Shown: piece after piece, positions 35,601 to 44,345 of the stretch
Layout of the letters: every line of letters starts with the position of its first letter
Position numbering within the stretch: position 1 is the stretch's first letter
Assembly: GCA_044229975.1 (NCBI GenBank)
Contig: JBGARZ010000004.1
Span: forward strand, 256,001 to 320,000
Origin: Polyangiales bacterium
GTDB taxonomy: Bacteria; Myxococcota_A; Polyangia; Polyangiales; Ga0077539
Direction of reading: 5' to 3'
DNA: 64,000 nt
The notes under the pieces: model-generated
What the model saw: only the letters and a program-made list of their open reading frames with translations
Databases searched by the model: none
What the model was told of the DNA's origin: nothing
Made by a program: the position numbers and the translations under genes

Positions 35601-38260
35601 ACGCCGGAACCCTCCACGCCGCCATCGTCCGCGAGCCAGCGTCGGCGCGTGTGGAGGTCGTCGTCGACGGCGCGTTGGCCTTCGCGCTGGACGGCGCGGC
35701 GCTGCCCTTCCCCGTCGTCGGGCGCTTCGTCCCCGAGGACGACGCGGTGCTGACCACCTCCTTCGACGCGCTCTCCGACGCCGGCCGCAAGGCCTTCGAG
35801 TCGCTGCTGCGCGCGATGGTCTCGGTGCTGCTCGACGCGATGGTGGACGACGCGGCGGCGGCCACCGACGGCGCCGCGGCGCTGGCGCTGCGATGGGCGC
35901 TCGCCGAGGGGCCGAAGGGTCTCGCGCGGCACACCTCCCTGCGCGAGCGGCTGCGTGGCGTCGCGATGTGGCGGAGCCCATCGGGCGAGCGCATCTCCCT
36001 GAAGACGCTGACGCTCTTCTCGCCGCGGCCAGGGTTCTGTCGCCCGCGCACGACGCCGTGGGTCGTCGCGGCGGCGGGAGAGGAGCCCGACATCGCCGCG
36101 GTGGTGCTCGACGGCGCCGACGACCCGCGCGCCCTCGGAACGCTCGTCGGCGAAGCCTCCGTCGACCAGAGCGCGGAGATCGATCGGTCGCAGCGTCGGC
36201 GCTCGCTGCGGCTGGCGGGGGCGAAGCGGGTGGCGGTTCCGGGCGAGCCGGAGTGCGCGGCGTTGTCGGTGCGGGTGGAGGCGGCGGCGCCGAAGCTCGG
36301 GTTCGGCGAGCTGCGGCTGACGGACGGCGAGGCGGCGCTCACGCTGCGGGTGCACGCGCCGGGGAGCAGCGCGCGGGTGCTGACGATGCCCGCGCCCTTC
36401 GCGATGGCGGCGGCGCTGGCGTGCGTCGACCTCGACCTGACGGACATCGATCGATCGGTTCAGTCGCTGGAGCTGGGAACCCGCATGCTCGACCTCGCGC
36501 GCGGGCTCTTGCAGAGGGCCGCCGCGGCGGGCGAAGCCCTTCCGCCATGGAGCAACGCGGCGCTGCGCTGGATGCTGCTGACCACGCGCGGACTATCGGG
36601 CGCGGCGGTGGGTCGCGCGGTGTTTGCGGACACCGAGGGGAAGCCGATGTCGCTGGCGGACCTCGACGCGCAGGCGGCGCAGCACCGGGCGGTGGGCTAC
36701 TGCACGGCGGCGCCGGACGAGCCCTGCGCGCTGGCCGAGCCGGGTGTGCGTGCGGTGGTGCTGACGACGCGCGAAGTGGGCTGGCTGGAGACGCTGCGCA
36801 AGGGGCGTGACCTGACGGCGTGGGTGAAGGCGGCGCTGCGGGCGCTGGCGTGGGACCGCTCTCCCCCCGCGACGAAGATCGAGGCGCCGCTCGATGGTTC
36901 GCTGGGCGTACGACTGCGGTGTCCATTGAAGGAGCCCGGGGCGGAGGGCGAGGTGTACTGGCTCGACGACCGCGCGGCGCCCGTGAGCACGGTGGCGTGG
37001 TACCGCGGCCGTCGGCGGCTGGGCGAGAGCGACCTGGCGCTGCCGTGGCCTGCGCGGATGGCGCTGGAGGCGCCGACGCTGACGCCCGACGCGACGCGGG
37101 CGGGGCCGGTGGACGACCTGGCGCTGGCGCAGGCGAGACAGCGTGCGACGACGCTGGCGCTGGCGGCGTTGCAGCGGGTGCTGGGCCCGACGGAGGCGGA
37201 GGCGCCGTGGGGCACGGTGGCGGCGCACAACGAGAAGAGCCCGGCGTATCGCGGTGGGATGGGGGCGATGACGGGCTGGCTATGGCTGCGTACGGACGCC
37301 GCGCCCGGAACGATCGAGCTGATGGTGGGCGATCGGTTGACGACGGTGAAGTCGCGGGCCGGGGGGAAGTACCCGTGTGACGCGCCGCTGATGGGTCGGC
37401 TGTGGGTGTGGCGCGGCGTCGAGGGGGCCGAGCGCACGGCGTTGCTGGAGGAGGTGGTGGGCTGGGCGTGGCGCCGGTTGCTGGATGCGTGGGTGACGAC
37501 GGCGCAGCGCGGGTCCATGGACGAGGGGGTGAGGGCGCTGCTGCTGACGCGCTCGGCGCTGGCGGGCGCGCTTGGTGGTGGCGCGATGAAGGACACGGCG
37601 CGCGGGCTCAAGCTCCCAGGGACGAAGACGACCTTCCAGCAGTTGCAGCAGGCGCGGAAGGACGACCGGAAGCTGCGGGTGGTTCCGGTCGGGGACGGGC
37701 GACTGGAGCGGCCGTACATGGTCGCGGCGGGGCGCTCGGCGTGGATGACGGTGCTGCACGACGCGGCGATGCTGGAGTACGACGACGGGCCGGCGGCGAC
37801 GATCGCGGTGGCCCCGACCGCGACGACGAAGGAGCCGCCGCGGGTGGAGGCGCCAGCGGCGAAGCCGCCGGAGGCGCCACCGCGCGAGACGGCGCGGACG
37901 GAGCCCGCGAAGAAGGTGAGCGCGGCGCGCGAGGCGGCGTGGCCGTGGGCGTCGCGGGTGGAGAGCGAGCTGCGCGCAATGGGCTTGCCCGCCGAGGCGC
38001 TGCACACGCTGGCGGGCGCGGAGTCGTCGCGGGGCGCGCGCGACGCGATGGTGGACTACCAGGCGGGCGCGCGGACGGCGCTGGTGCAGGTGAAGCACCC
38101 GGTGGTGGCGCGGTGGCTGACGGGCGATCCGCGGCGCGGGGCGACGCTGCTGGCGATGGCGGTGTACGGAGCGATCCGCAGAGAGCGCGACGACGTGTTG
38201 GCGACGGAGGAGTGCGCGGCGATGGACGCGGTGCTCGCGACGATCGCGGCGCGGGGGTGA
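32618..38260 (+). CDS. 1880-aa protein: degenerate GHKL N-domain, tandem Hsp90-middle-like modules, HtpG-like C-terminus
   Basis: Uninterrupted ORF; FQLAEPLLYVLEIVRAAV head, LPTNASRSQV, repeated PL.pT..G..SL motifs, terminal VQVKHPVV helices. Confidence 0.7.
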   Translation: MTQRKLLSRGTALVDPRAAVERLRSFQLAEPLLYVLEIVRAAVAGDATAVDLYNDADDLILTFDGAAPAVDDLAHLLDHLFSTAQPRLRLLAIAVNTALGFGPRHVDLYTTHEAPPGQCHRVRFIVGATHDPDARVPAAVESARTELVARPTDLPAEGVRVHLRESFGMPVVREWFARDPAETILLRDRLVALPIPLRRDGVVLVTGPAAPPLVAVALDLGSDLRGTLQLLRPNQPNRLVLSELGVTLEERPLTPAVDGVPSPPLRLHLDARSLPTNASRSQVDLSGGLSHALRRAWNQHLPELLTAAHARLATPDLPDAERVALHESLLAWLHHGLGNDWPVRKLPSGHDQDVDLGRTPSSTVYTLATWPLIPTAAGGLISLAAIAASTSSLVWRGTEALPVDIAPWITTVLWCPPNRPRLGALLWPLDAKPADAAIEAAREAHKRRQRFLGLTPRDTRLAPSDDVVLRAPFGDASTDDNPSLPVTLPGLRGELVLRSRGLGAPGPLLVTVFVEQRPLTTESLDTAGVPAEVAIEAPGVIADRVFQSIERNASLTAALRAVKLVLAEALAVLAVDLAGALSVTDPRRQWFGPELDHLPGATRRAMASAVFDTLRASTEDARAQRELCADVLQRHPALVELPLWPTTDPSTLLSTREVIALAVSFEHAVLVSNAARGVRADGRPVLLLDSTAQRKLAAVLPDATRFVNVSNTLPTRVSEDPRWLAPTADRRSVPWIVTSSAHSRVAVSPAPSSKDSSTLGHSGQALDARNLAGRFGPLQVVVEDDRLVVPAGEKSPLLQSIPDDLNALVHAAEIALATRLALAWQGDDESLDTLNADSVALRSNASRRMLLHAYAHVIIRPDAPALQALRTALAATPLIPVRSVDGVVRDVTPTAFRARTTDLHPRVLPYLAEAPDQLEGEDFTPVIVSDREIRALIERCFDLRLRSMHEQLPALRDARARRLARARLAERPRVRAEHLVGLAAASSVRTLAQQDAGTLHAAIVREPASARVEVVVDGALAFALDGAALPFPVVGRFVPEDDAVLTTSFDALSDAGRKAFESLLRAMVSVLLDAMVDDAAAATDGAAALALRWALAEGPKGLARHTSLRERLRGVAMWRSPSGERISLKTLTLFSPRPGFCRPRTTPWVVAAAGEEPDIAAVVLDGADDPRALGTLVGEASVDQSAEIDRSQRRRSLRLAGAKRVAVPGEPECAALSVRVEAAAPKLGFGELRLTDGEAALTLRVHAPGSSARVLTMPAPFAMAAALACVDLDLTDIDRSVQSLELGTRMLDLARGLLQRAAAAGEALPPWSNAALRWMLLTTRGLSGAAVGRAVFADTEGKPMSLADLDAQAAQHRAVGYCTAAPDEPCALAEPGVRAVVLTTREVGWLETLRKGRDLTAWVKAALRALAWDRSPPATKIEAPLDGSLGVRLRCPLKEPGAEGEVYWLDDRAAPVSTVAWYRGRRRLGESDLALPWPARMALEAPTLTPDATRAGPVDDLALAQARQRATTLALAALQRVLGPTEAEAPWGTVAAHNEKSPAYRGGMGAMTGWLWLRTDAAPGTIELMVGDRLTTVKSRAGGKYPCDAPLMGRLWVWRGVEGAERTALLEEVVGWAWRRLLDAWVTTAQRGSMDEGVRALLLTRSALAGALGGGAMKDTARGLKLPGTKTTFQQLQQARKDDRKLRVVPVGDGRLERPYMVAAGRSAWMTVLHDAAMLEYDDGPAATIAVAPTATTKEPPRVEAPAAKPPEAPPRETARTEPAKKVSAAREAAWPWASRVESELRAMGLPAEALHTLAGAESSRGARDAMVDYQAGARTALVQVKHPVVARWLTGDPRRGATLLAMAVYGAIRRERDDVLATEECAAMDAVLATIAARG

Positions 38261-38268
38261 GCGGGGCG

Positions 38269-38316
38269 CTTCCGCGATTCGAGACCGAGGCCCTTCCGCG
38301 ATTCGAGACCGAGGCC
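38269..38316. repeat. Perfect 24-bp tandem duplication
   Basis: CTTCCGCGATTCGAGACCGAGGCC x2. Confidence 0.9.
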
Positions 38317-38425
38317 GTCGGCGACCACGCCAGACCCTGAGCGTGAGCGAGGGGAAGCACCCACCCACGTCATCAGCGCGGATTTCCCGCCGCTGACAGT
38401 CGACGAGCGAACATGGCAGGGTCCC

Positions 38426-39709
38426 GTGCCGCCCGTGCCTCCCCCGCGAAACGCAAGCCGTCTGCTCGTCGGTTGGGTTCTCTCATCCGCGGCGATCACG
38501 TCGTGCGCGATGGGCGTGTCGATCGACGAGAGCGCCCTCGATGGCGGGTTCGTCGCCGACGACGCCGACGCGTCCGACACGCCCCCTCCGCACGACGCGC
38601 CGCACGTCATCGACACGCCTCTCGCGACCGACGCTCCCGCCGCGACCGACGCTCCCCTCTCGACCGACGCTCCCCTCGCGACCGACGCACCCCTCTCGGT
38701 CGACGTCGCTACCGTCGATGTGCCTGCGTGTCCGTCGGGCTCCTCGCTCTGCGCCGCCGCCTGCGTCGACCTCTCTCGCGACCCGGCGCACTGCGGCGCG
38801 TGCGGCCAGCGTTGCCCCGCGTCGCCCAACGCAGCGGCGTCGTGCGGTGCCGGTCGCTGCGGCGTGACCTGCGCCGCGGGCTACGGCGACTGCGACGGCA
38901 TGGTGACGACCGGCTGCGAGGTGACCTTCGCGACGAACGTCGCCCATTGCGGCGCGTGCGGCACCGCCTGCACGTCGCCCCACGGAACCCCGGCGTGCGC
39001 GGCCGGTTCCTGCACCGTCGCTTCCTGCGAAGCGGGCTACGGCGACTGCAACAGCGCCGTTTCGGACGGCTGCGAGGTCGAGCTCTCGACGAGCGCGGCC
39101 CACTGCGGCGCGTGCGGACGGGCGTGCGCCACCGGTCAGAGCTGCGCCGCGGGCGTGTGCACGTCGCCCGTGTGGGAGAGCTTCGAGAGCGGCGCGTGGC
39201 CCTGGACGCCCTGGACGCGCGGCGGCAGCGGCAGCACCCCCGATTGGACGGCGGCCGCGGCGTGCGCTCACGACGGCGCGCGTGGCCTCACGGGCCCGAG
39301 CATCGGGTCGCGCTGGTACTACCGCACCGACCGCACCTTCGGCGCCGCGGGCGAGCGGATCTCGGCGTGGGTCCGCGCGACGAACGCGGGGCGGGCGTAC
39401 CTCGGCTTCGGCGCGTCGTCGGCGGGCGCGTGGTCGTTCGGCTTCGCGCCCAACACGCGGCAGGTGGTCTTCTTCCGCCACGCGGCGTGGGGCTTCGTGC
39501 AGATCACCGCGTCCGCCGCGACCTTCTCCGAGAACACCTGGTACCGCGCCGAGGTCACCTTTGGCGCGGGCGGCGCGGTCACCGGTCGCGTCTACAGCGA
39601 GGCGGGCGCGACCGTCGCGACCCTCACGACCACCATCGCGGACCTCCCGACAGGGGGCGTCGCGCTCTACGCCTTCAACGCCTGCGTCGACACGATCGAG
39701 CTCCGATAG
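38426..39709 (+). CDS. Cys-rich (Stig1-like HCGACG repeat) surface lipoprotein with a C-terminal beta-sandwich domain
   Basis: ITSC lipobox; TDAPL repeats; three HCGACG repeats; GDC...DGCE motifs. Confidence 0.75.
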   Translation: MPPVPPPRNASRLLVGWVLSSAAITSCAMGVSIDESALDGGFVADDADASDTPPPHDAPHVIDTPLATDAPAATDAPLSTDAPLATDAPLSVDVATVDVPACPSGSSLCAAACVDLSRDPAHCGACGQRCPASPNAAASCGAGRCGVTCAAGYGDCDGMVTTGCEVTFATNVAHCGACGTACTSPHGTPACAAGSCTVASCEAGYGDCNSAVSDGCEVELSTSAAHCGACGRACATGQSCAAGVCTSPVWESFESGAWPWTPWTRGGSGSTPDWTAAAACAHDGARGLTGPSIGSRWYYRTDRTFGAAGERISAWVRATNAGRAYLGFGASSAGAWSFGFAPNTRQVVFFRHAAWGFVQITASAATFSENTWYRAEVTFGAGGAVTGRVYSEAGATVATLTTTIADLPTGGVALYAFNACVDTIELR

Positions 39710-39713
39710 GGCC

Positions 39714-40226
39714 CTACTCGAACTCGTTGGTGATCACGAACGGCGCCCGCTGGATCTCGCCCTGGTTGAGCGCGCCCGACAAGCTGAACGTCGACCCGAC
39801 GCCGTCGCCGTCGAGGTCGCCGAGGGCCTCCGCGCGCACGTCCGTCGCCGTCCCCACCGCGCGGTACGCGTAATAGAACGGCGTATCGATGGAGAACCCG
39901 ATGGCGCTCCAGTTGGAGTTGCCGGTGAACGACGTGGGCTGCGTCGGGTACTTCGACGCGCTGGGCGCAGCGCTCGGCGTCGTGCTGGCCGAGATGAACG
40001 ACGCGAGCGACTGCTCGGAGTTCTGATTGAAGTACGCGACCTCGCCCATGTAGATCTTGCCGACGTTGTTCATGGCCTCGCTGGTCTTGGCGCGTCGGAT
40101 GTAGCGGGAGTACGCGGGAAAGGCGACCGCCGCGAGGATGCCCAGCACCACCACGGCGATCATCAGCTCCACCAGGGTGAAGCCCGCGCGAGCGTGACTC
40201 CCTCGGACGTGCCCACAGCGTCTCAT
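39714..40226 (-). CDS. Type IV pilin-like protein
   Basis: G|FTLVELMIAVVVLGILAAVAFP prepilin motif; RAKTSEA; GDLDGDG as in myxobacterial PilA. Confidence 0.9.
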   Translation of the reverse strand: MRRCGHVRGSHARAGFTLVELMIAVVVLGILAAVAFPAYSRYIRRAKTSEAMNNVGKIYMGEVAYFNQNSEQSLASFISASTTPSAAPSASKYPTQPTSFTGNSNWSAIGFSIDTPFYYAYRAVGTATDVRAEALGDLDGDGVGSTFSLSGALNQGEIQRAPFVITNEFE

Positions 40227-40285
40227 GCGCGCAGTAGGACACAGCCCTCCGCCGCAGGCCGATGGCAGCCCGGTGGCAGCGAACG

Positions 40286-40687
40286 CTACAGATCGTTGGC
40301 GCGCGTCTGCGTCCGGGCGCCGTCCGCGCGGGTGCAGGTGCAGGCGAAGAAGCTCACCGGTCGTCCACCGCCCGCGGGCGTCTCCTCGGCGGGGCCGAGC
40401 GAGCTCTGCGTGTAGCCCTGCTGGACGCAGTACGCCTGGCACCGCTCGCCGCGCCCCGCGTCGCGCGAGGCCACGCCCGCGAAGGTGGTGAGCATGCCGA
40501 TGCCCAGCAGCCCGAAGCCCGCGAGCATCGCGAGTCGGCGCCCCGAACCCTGTCGGCCGGACATCACCTCGCCGATGACCTGAAACTGCTTCGACTTGTC
40601 GACGCCACCGCCGCCGAAGAGCGTCCCGGCGAAGAGGAGGAAGCCGACCGCGGCGAGCGCGAGTCCGACGAGCATGGTGGGGTTCAT
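40286..40687 (-). CDS. Hypothetical membrane protein
   Basis: Two TM segments plus C-x3-C and C-x-C. Confidence 0.6.
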   Translation of the reverse strand: MNPTMLVGLALAAVGFLLFAGTLFGGGGVDKSKQFQVIGEVMSGRQGSGRRLAMLAGFGLLGIGMLTTFAGVASRDAGRGERCQAYCVQQGYTQSSLGPAEETPAGGGRPVSFFACTCTRADGARTQTRANDL

Positions 40688-40776
40688 ACGGCGGAGGGTA
40701 CGCGGCCGGTCGCCGCCGCTCCAGGGCCTCCATCGTCGCGGTCGCCGCCGCTCTGTGGCACCTTCGTCGCCCAGCG

Positions 40777-41472
40777 ATGAACACCACAGCGCGGCGCGTT
40801 CACACGGTGCACTACCCGGACACCGATCACATGGGGGAGGACTTCCTGCAGTGCCTCATCGCGGAGGCGCTGCGCCCGCTCATCGCGCGCTGGCTGCGTG
40901 CCCAGCGGGTGCGTGCCTTCACGGGCGCCGAGCAGTTCATCTACTGGGTGCCGGGCGACCCCACGCAGCGCCTGGCGCCGGACGTCTACGTGCTGCCCAA
41001 GGTCGACCCCGACGCGGTGCCCTCGTCGTGGCAGTTGTGGGAGGTAGGGACGGCGCCGTCCTTCGCGCTGGAGATCGTCTCGCGCGATGTCCAGAAGGAC
41101 TACGACGACGCGCCCGTGCTCTACAACGCGATGGGCGCGAAGGAGCTGGTGATCTTCGACCCGGGCGCGACGGCGCGCAGCCGTACGCGCGTGCGGTGGC
41201 AGGTCTACCGTCGCCTCGCGCGGCGGGGATTCGTTCGGGTGGCGCAGACCATGGACGACCGCGTCGAGGTCGCCTCGCTCGGGTGCTGGCTCGTGGCGGT
41301 GGGCAGCGGTCGCGCCGTGCGGTTGCGCCTGGGCACCGGCGTCGGAGGAGAAGAGCCGTTTCTCACCGAAGCCGAGGAGGAGCGCGCCGCGAAGGAACAG
41401 GAGCGCGCCGCCCGCCTCGCAGCCGAAGCCGAGGTCGCCCGCCTGCGCGCCCTGCTCGCGTCGCGCGGCTAA
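40777..41472 (+). CDS. Uma2 (DUF820) family putative endonuclease
   Basis: YPDTD.MGE, LAPDVYV, PSFALEIVS, LVIFDP; C-terminal coiled coil. Confidence 0.88.
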   Translation: MNTTARRVHTVHYPDTDHMGEDFLQCLIAEALRPLIARWLRAQRVRAFTGAEQFIYWVPGDPTQRLAPDVYVLPKVDPDAVPSSWQLWEVGTAPSFALEIVSRDVQKDYDDAPVLYNAMGAKELVIFDPGATARSRTRVRWQVYRRLARRGFVRVAQTMDDRVEVASLGCWLVAVGSGRAVRLRLGTGVGGEEPFLTEAEEERAAKEQERAARLAAEAEVARLRALLASRG

Positions 41473-41483
41473 ACCCTCTGTCC

Positions 41484-41972
41484 CTACTTCCCCGTCACAT
41501 GCGTCAGCTCGTCGAGCTCCGCGCCCGTCACCCGGTAGGCCCGCCCGAAGCCCATCACGAACCCGCCGCTCCCCACTGGTGTCAGCTCCACCCAGTGGAA
41601 GTCCGCCAGGCCCAATAGCGTGTCCGCTATCGGGAACCTCTCCCGATACGCTCGCTCCGCACCCGCCTCGCGCGCCTCGTCGCGCCCGACGAACCTCGCG
41701 TCTGCGGTCAGCATCACCCGGGTCAGCGCGTGGTTGCTCCGCGGGTCGTCCACCCGCCACGCCTCGCTCACCATCACCCCGCAGCGCCCGCTCTTGCGCA
41801 GCGCCGCCGTGTGCGCCGACAGCTCGCTCACCAGCATCCAGAGCCGCGTCGGCCCGCGCGTCCGCGCCCACGCGACCAGTGACACCGCCGGCCCCTCGTC
41901 CCCGCCCACCGCCAGGCTCGCGACCGGAACCTCCGCCAGCAACCCCTCCAACACCTCCCTCGGCTCAGCCAT
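41484..41972 (-). CDS. Pyridoxamine-5'-phosphate oxidase-like (HugZ/HutZ-type) protein
   Basis: VSELSAHT, LADFHWVEL.P..G.FVMGFGRAY. Confidence 0.8.
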   Translation of the reverse strand: MAEPREVLEGLLAEVPVASLAVGGDEGPAVSLVAWARTRGPTRLWMLVSELSAHTAALRKSGRCGVMVSEAWRVDDPRSNHALTRVMLTADARFVGRDEAREAGAERAYRERFPIADTLLGLADFHWVELTPVGSGGFVMGFGRAYRVTGAELDELTHVTGK

Positions 41973-42966
41973 CGCGCAGCACCCGCCTCGCGAGCTCGGC
42001 TTCGCGCGTCCGGTGTTCGTATCCCTCCGGCCGGTCGCCCGCCGGGTACGCCAGAAACGCCGCCACCACCCGGTCGATGTATTGCCACAACGGTGTCGGT
42101 TGAAACCCCAGCTCCGCCTTCGCCTTCGCCCCATCCATGAACGACATCCACCGCTGCGTAAACGGCGACACCTCGCGCATCACGAGCCCCGCCGTCGTCA
42201 CCTGCTCCGTCGTCACGTCCACCAGCGTCGGCCGCGCGCCCACGCGCTCGGCCATCCCCTCCAGCAGCTCGCGCAGCGTCGGCGTCTCGTCCTGCACGAT
42301 GTTGTACGCCTGCCCGTAGGTCCGCTCGTCGCCCAGCATCGCCGCGACCGCGCGCGCCACGTCCTCGCTGTACACGTGCCGCATCGGCGTCCCCCCACCA
42401 TCCGGCAGCAGCACCTCCGCGCCATCGAGCAGGCGCCACAGGTACGACTCCACCCGTCGCTGGTTGTCGCGCGGTCCGTTGACCACCGGGATGCGAACGC
42501 GCGTCGCCCGCACCTTGTCGGCGCTCACGATGTCCTCGCACAGCCGCTTGCCGTGGCCGTAGTCCCACTGCGGCCCGTCGGTGTCGTCCGCGGGGCGCGC
42601 CATCACCGGGCCGTCGTAGTCGCTCTCCTTCGCGGGGCGCGGACAGCCCTCGCGCACGAGGTACACCTGCCCCGTGGAGATCATCACGTAGTGACCCAGC
42701 GCGTCGCGCAGGGTGGTCCCCACGAGCGGCTCGACGTCCGATGGTTCGTACGCCCCGAAGTCCACCGTGGCGTCGAACTCGCGCCCCTTGAGGAGCGACG
42801 GCAGCACGCCCTTTGCGCGATCACCGAGGAGCGTCTCGACCCGGTCGGCGAAGGGCGGCGTCCGCGTCCCCCGATGGAACAGCGTCACCCGATGCCCGCC
42901 CGCCACCAGCCGCCACGCCAGCAGGTGTCCCATGAAGCGGGTCCCACCCAGGATCAACACCTTCAT
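41965..42966 (-). CDS. NAD-dependent epimerase/dehydratase family protein
   Basis: MKVLILGGTRFMG, ISTGQVY, YGHGK. Confidence 0.9.
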   Translation of the reverse strand: MKVLILGGTRFMGHLLAWRLVAGGHRVTLFHRGTRTPPFADRVETLLGDRAKGVLPSLLKGREFDATVDFGAYEPSDVEPLVGTTLRDALGHYVMISTGQVYLVREGCPRPAKESDYDGPVMARPADDTDGPQWDYGHGKRLCEDIVSADKVRATRVRIPVVNGPRDNQRRVESYLWRLLDGAEVLLPDGGGTPMRHVYSEDVARAVAAMLGDERTYGQAYNIVQDETPTLRELLEGMAERVGARPTLVDVTTEQVTTAGLVMREVSPFTQRWMSFMDGAKAKAELGFQPTPLWQYIDRVVAAFLAYPAGDRPEGYEHRTREAELARRVLRDG

Positions 42967-43049
42967 CGTCACATCGACCTCCAGACCGGCGGTCGCGATG
43001 GCGCCGCGCGGCCCAGTGGTAGCGCGCCATGCGATACCTTGAAACGACG

Positions 43050-43823
43050 ATGAGCAACGCCAGCGACTGGTCACCCGAGGTCTACCGTCGCTTCGAGGAC
43101 GAGCGCACCCGCCCGGCGCGCGACCTCCTGGCGCAGGTTCCGATCGAGGCCCGCGGGCGGGTCGTCGACATGGGCTGCGGGCCGGGCAACTCGACCGAGC
43201 TGCTGGTGGAGCGCTTCCCGGAGGCGACGGTGGTGGGACTCGACACGTCGCCGGCGATGCTGGCCGAGGCCCGCCAACGTGTACCGCGAGCGAGCTTCGC
43301 CGAGGCCGACGCCGCGACGTGGTTGCCCGACGCGGGGACCGACGTGCTCTTCGCCAACGCGATCTACCAGTGGGTGCCCGATCACCTCGCGGTGCTCACA
43401 AGACAACTGGCCGCGCTCGAGCCCGGCAGCGTGCTGGCGGTGCAGATGCCGGACAACTTCGCCGAGCCCACGCACGCGCTGATGAGGAAGGTCGCCGCCG
43501 CGGGACCGTGGGCTGAGCGCCTCCGTGACGCCGCGCGCGACCCGCTGCCTGCGGTGTCGGTCTACTACGACGCGCTGCGGCCGTGGGCGCGTCGGCTCGA
43601 CCTCTGGCACACGGTCTACAACCACGTTCTTGCCGACGCGGAGGCGGTGGTGCAGTGGGTGAGGGGAACCGGGCTGCGGCCGTTTCTCGACCCGCTCACG
43701 ACGGAGGAGCAGCGGGCGTTTCTCGACGACTACCAGCGGCGCATCGCCGCGGCGTACCCGGCCGCGCATGACGGCAAGGTGCTGCTGCGATTCCCGCGGT
43801 TGTTCGTGGTGGCAGTGCGCTGA
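43050..43823 (+). CDS. tam: Trans-aconitate 2-methyltransferase
   Basis: [57 protein letters not shown]. Confidence 0.93.
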   Translation: MSNASDWSPEVYRRFEDERTRPARDLLAQVPIEARGRVVDMGCGPGNSTELLVERFPEATVVGLDTSPAMLAEARQRVPRASFAEADAATWLPDAGTDVLFANAIYQWVPDHLAVLTRQLAALEPGSVLAVQMPDNFAEPTHALMRKVAAAGPWAERLRDAARDPLPAVSVYYDALRPWARRLDLWHTVYNHVLADAEAVVQWVRGTGLRPFLDPLTTEEQRAFLDDYQRRIAAAYPAAHDGKVLLRFPRLFVVAVR

Positions 43824-44018
43824 CGACACTGGCGGGCCCAGGCGTGCTCATGACGTGGTTGCGCGAAGGGGTTGCCACCCGGAATGGCAGGCTTTTGAGC
43901 CCCTGAACAAGCCCCACGGCGGCGTGGGATCAATACGTACGGGTGAGCCGCAATTGGGGAAACCCCCGCGGCATCTCGCTCGCCCTGGACGCAGGGCCGG
44001 ACGTGCTGCCCGCTGCAC

Positions 44019-44233
44019 ACCCCTCGCACCGCCCCTTCGACGACCCTCGCCCGCCGTTCTGACCCCTCGCACCGCCCTCCCATCGTCCGTCGTCGCCCGC
44101 TTCGACCCCTCGCACCACCCCGTTTTCGCCCTCAACCACCATCTGCCGACGGCTGCTACCGGTCCCATTCGCAGCAACCCGTCTCTCGCGACGGCTCGCA
44201 CCGCTTCGTCGAACCAGCGCACGTCTTCCAGAA
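44019..44233. repeat. Degenerate ~43-bp tandem repeat array
   Basis: ACCCCTCGCACC at 44019, 44062, 44105; ACGGCTGCTACC at 44149; ACGGCTCGCACC at 44191. Confidence 0.65.
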
Positions 44234-44345
44234 TTCGGTCGCGCCCCCGAAACATCCCTCCGCCCTCGTTCCGAGAAGGCAGCGCGCGCTGATCCACGGC
44301 ATCGCGCACCCCTCCAATCCCCCTTCGACCGTGAACGAGGCCCCC

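Noticed and set aside
32078..36355. 1425-aa minus-strand ORF
   Set aside because: Antisense shadow of the real 1880-aa gene; long stop-free antisense frames are expected at this GC content
38414..38430. TGGCAG...TGC as a sigma54 promoter
   Set aside because: GG-GC spacing is off by one base
38615..38700. 18-bp tandem repeats
   Set aside because: They encode a TDAPL spacer typical of myxobacterial lipoproteins
44019..44233. Possible CRISPR array
   Set aside because: The conserved core is only 12 bp, degenerate and non-palindromic; the 43-bp period is too short; no cas genes
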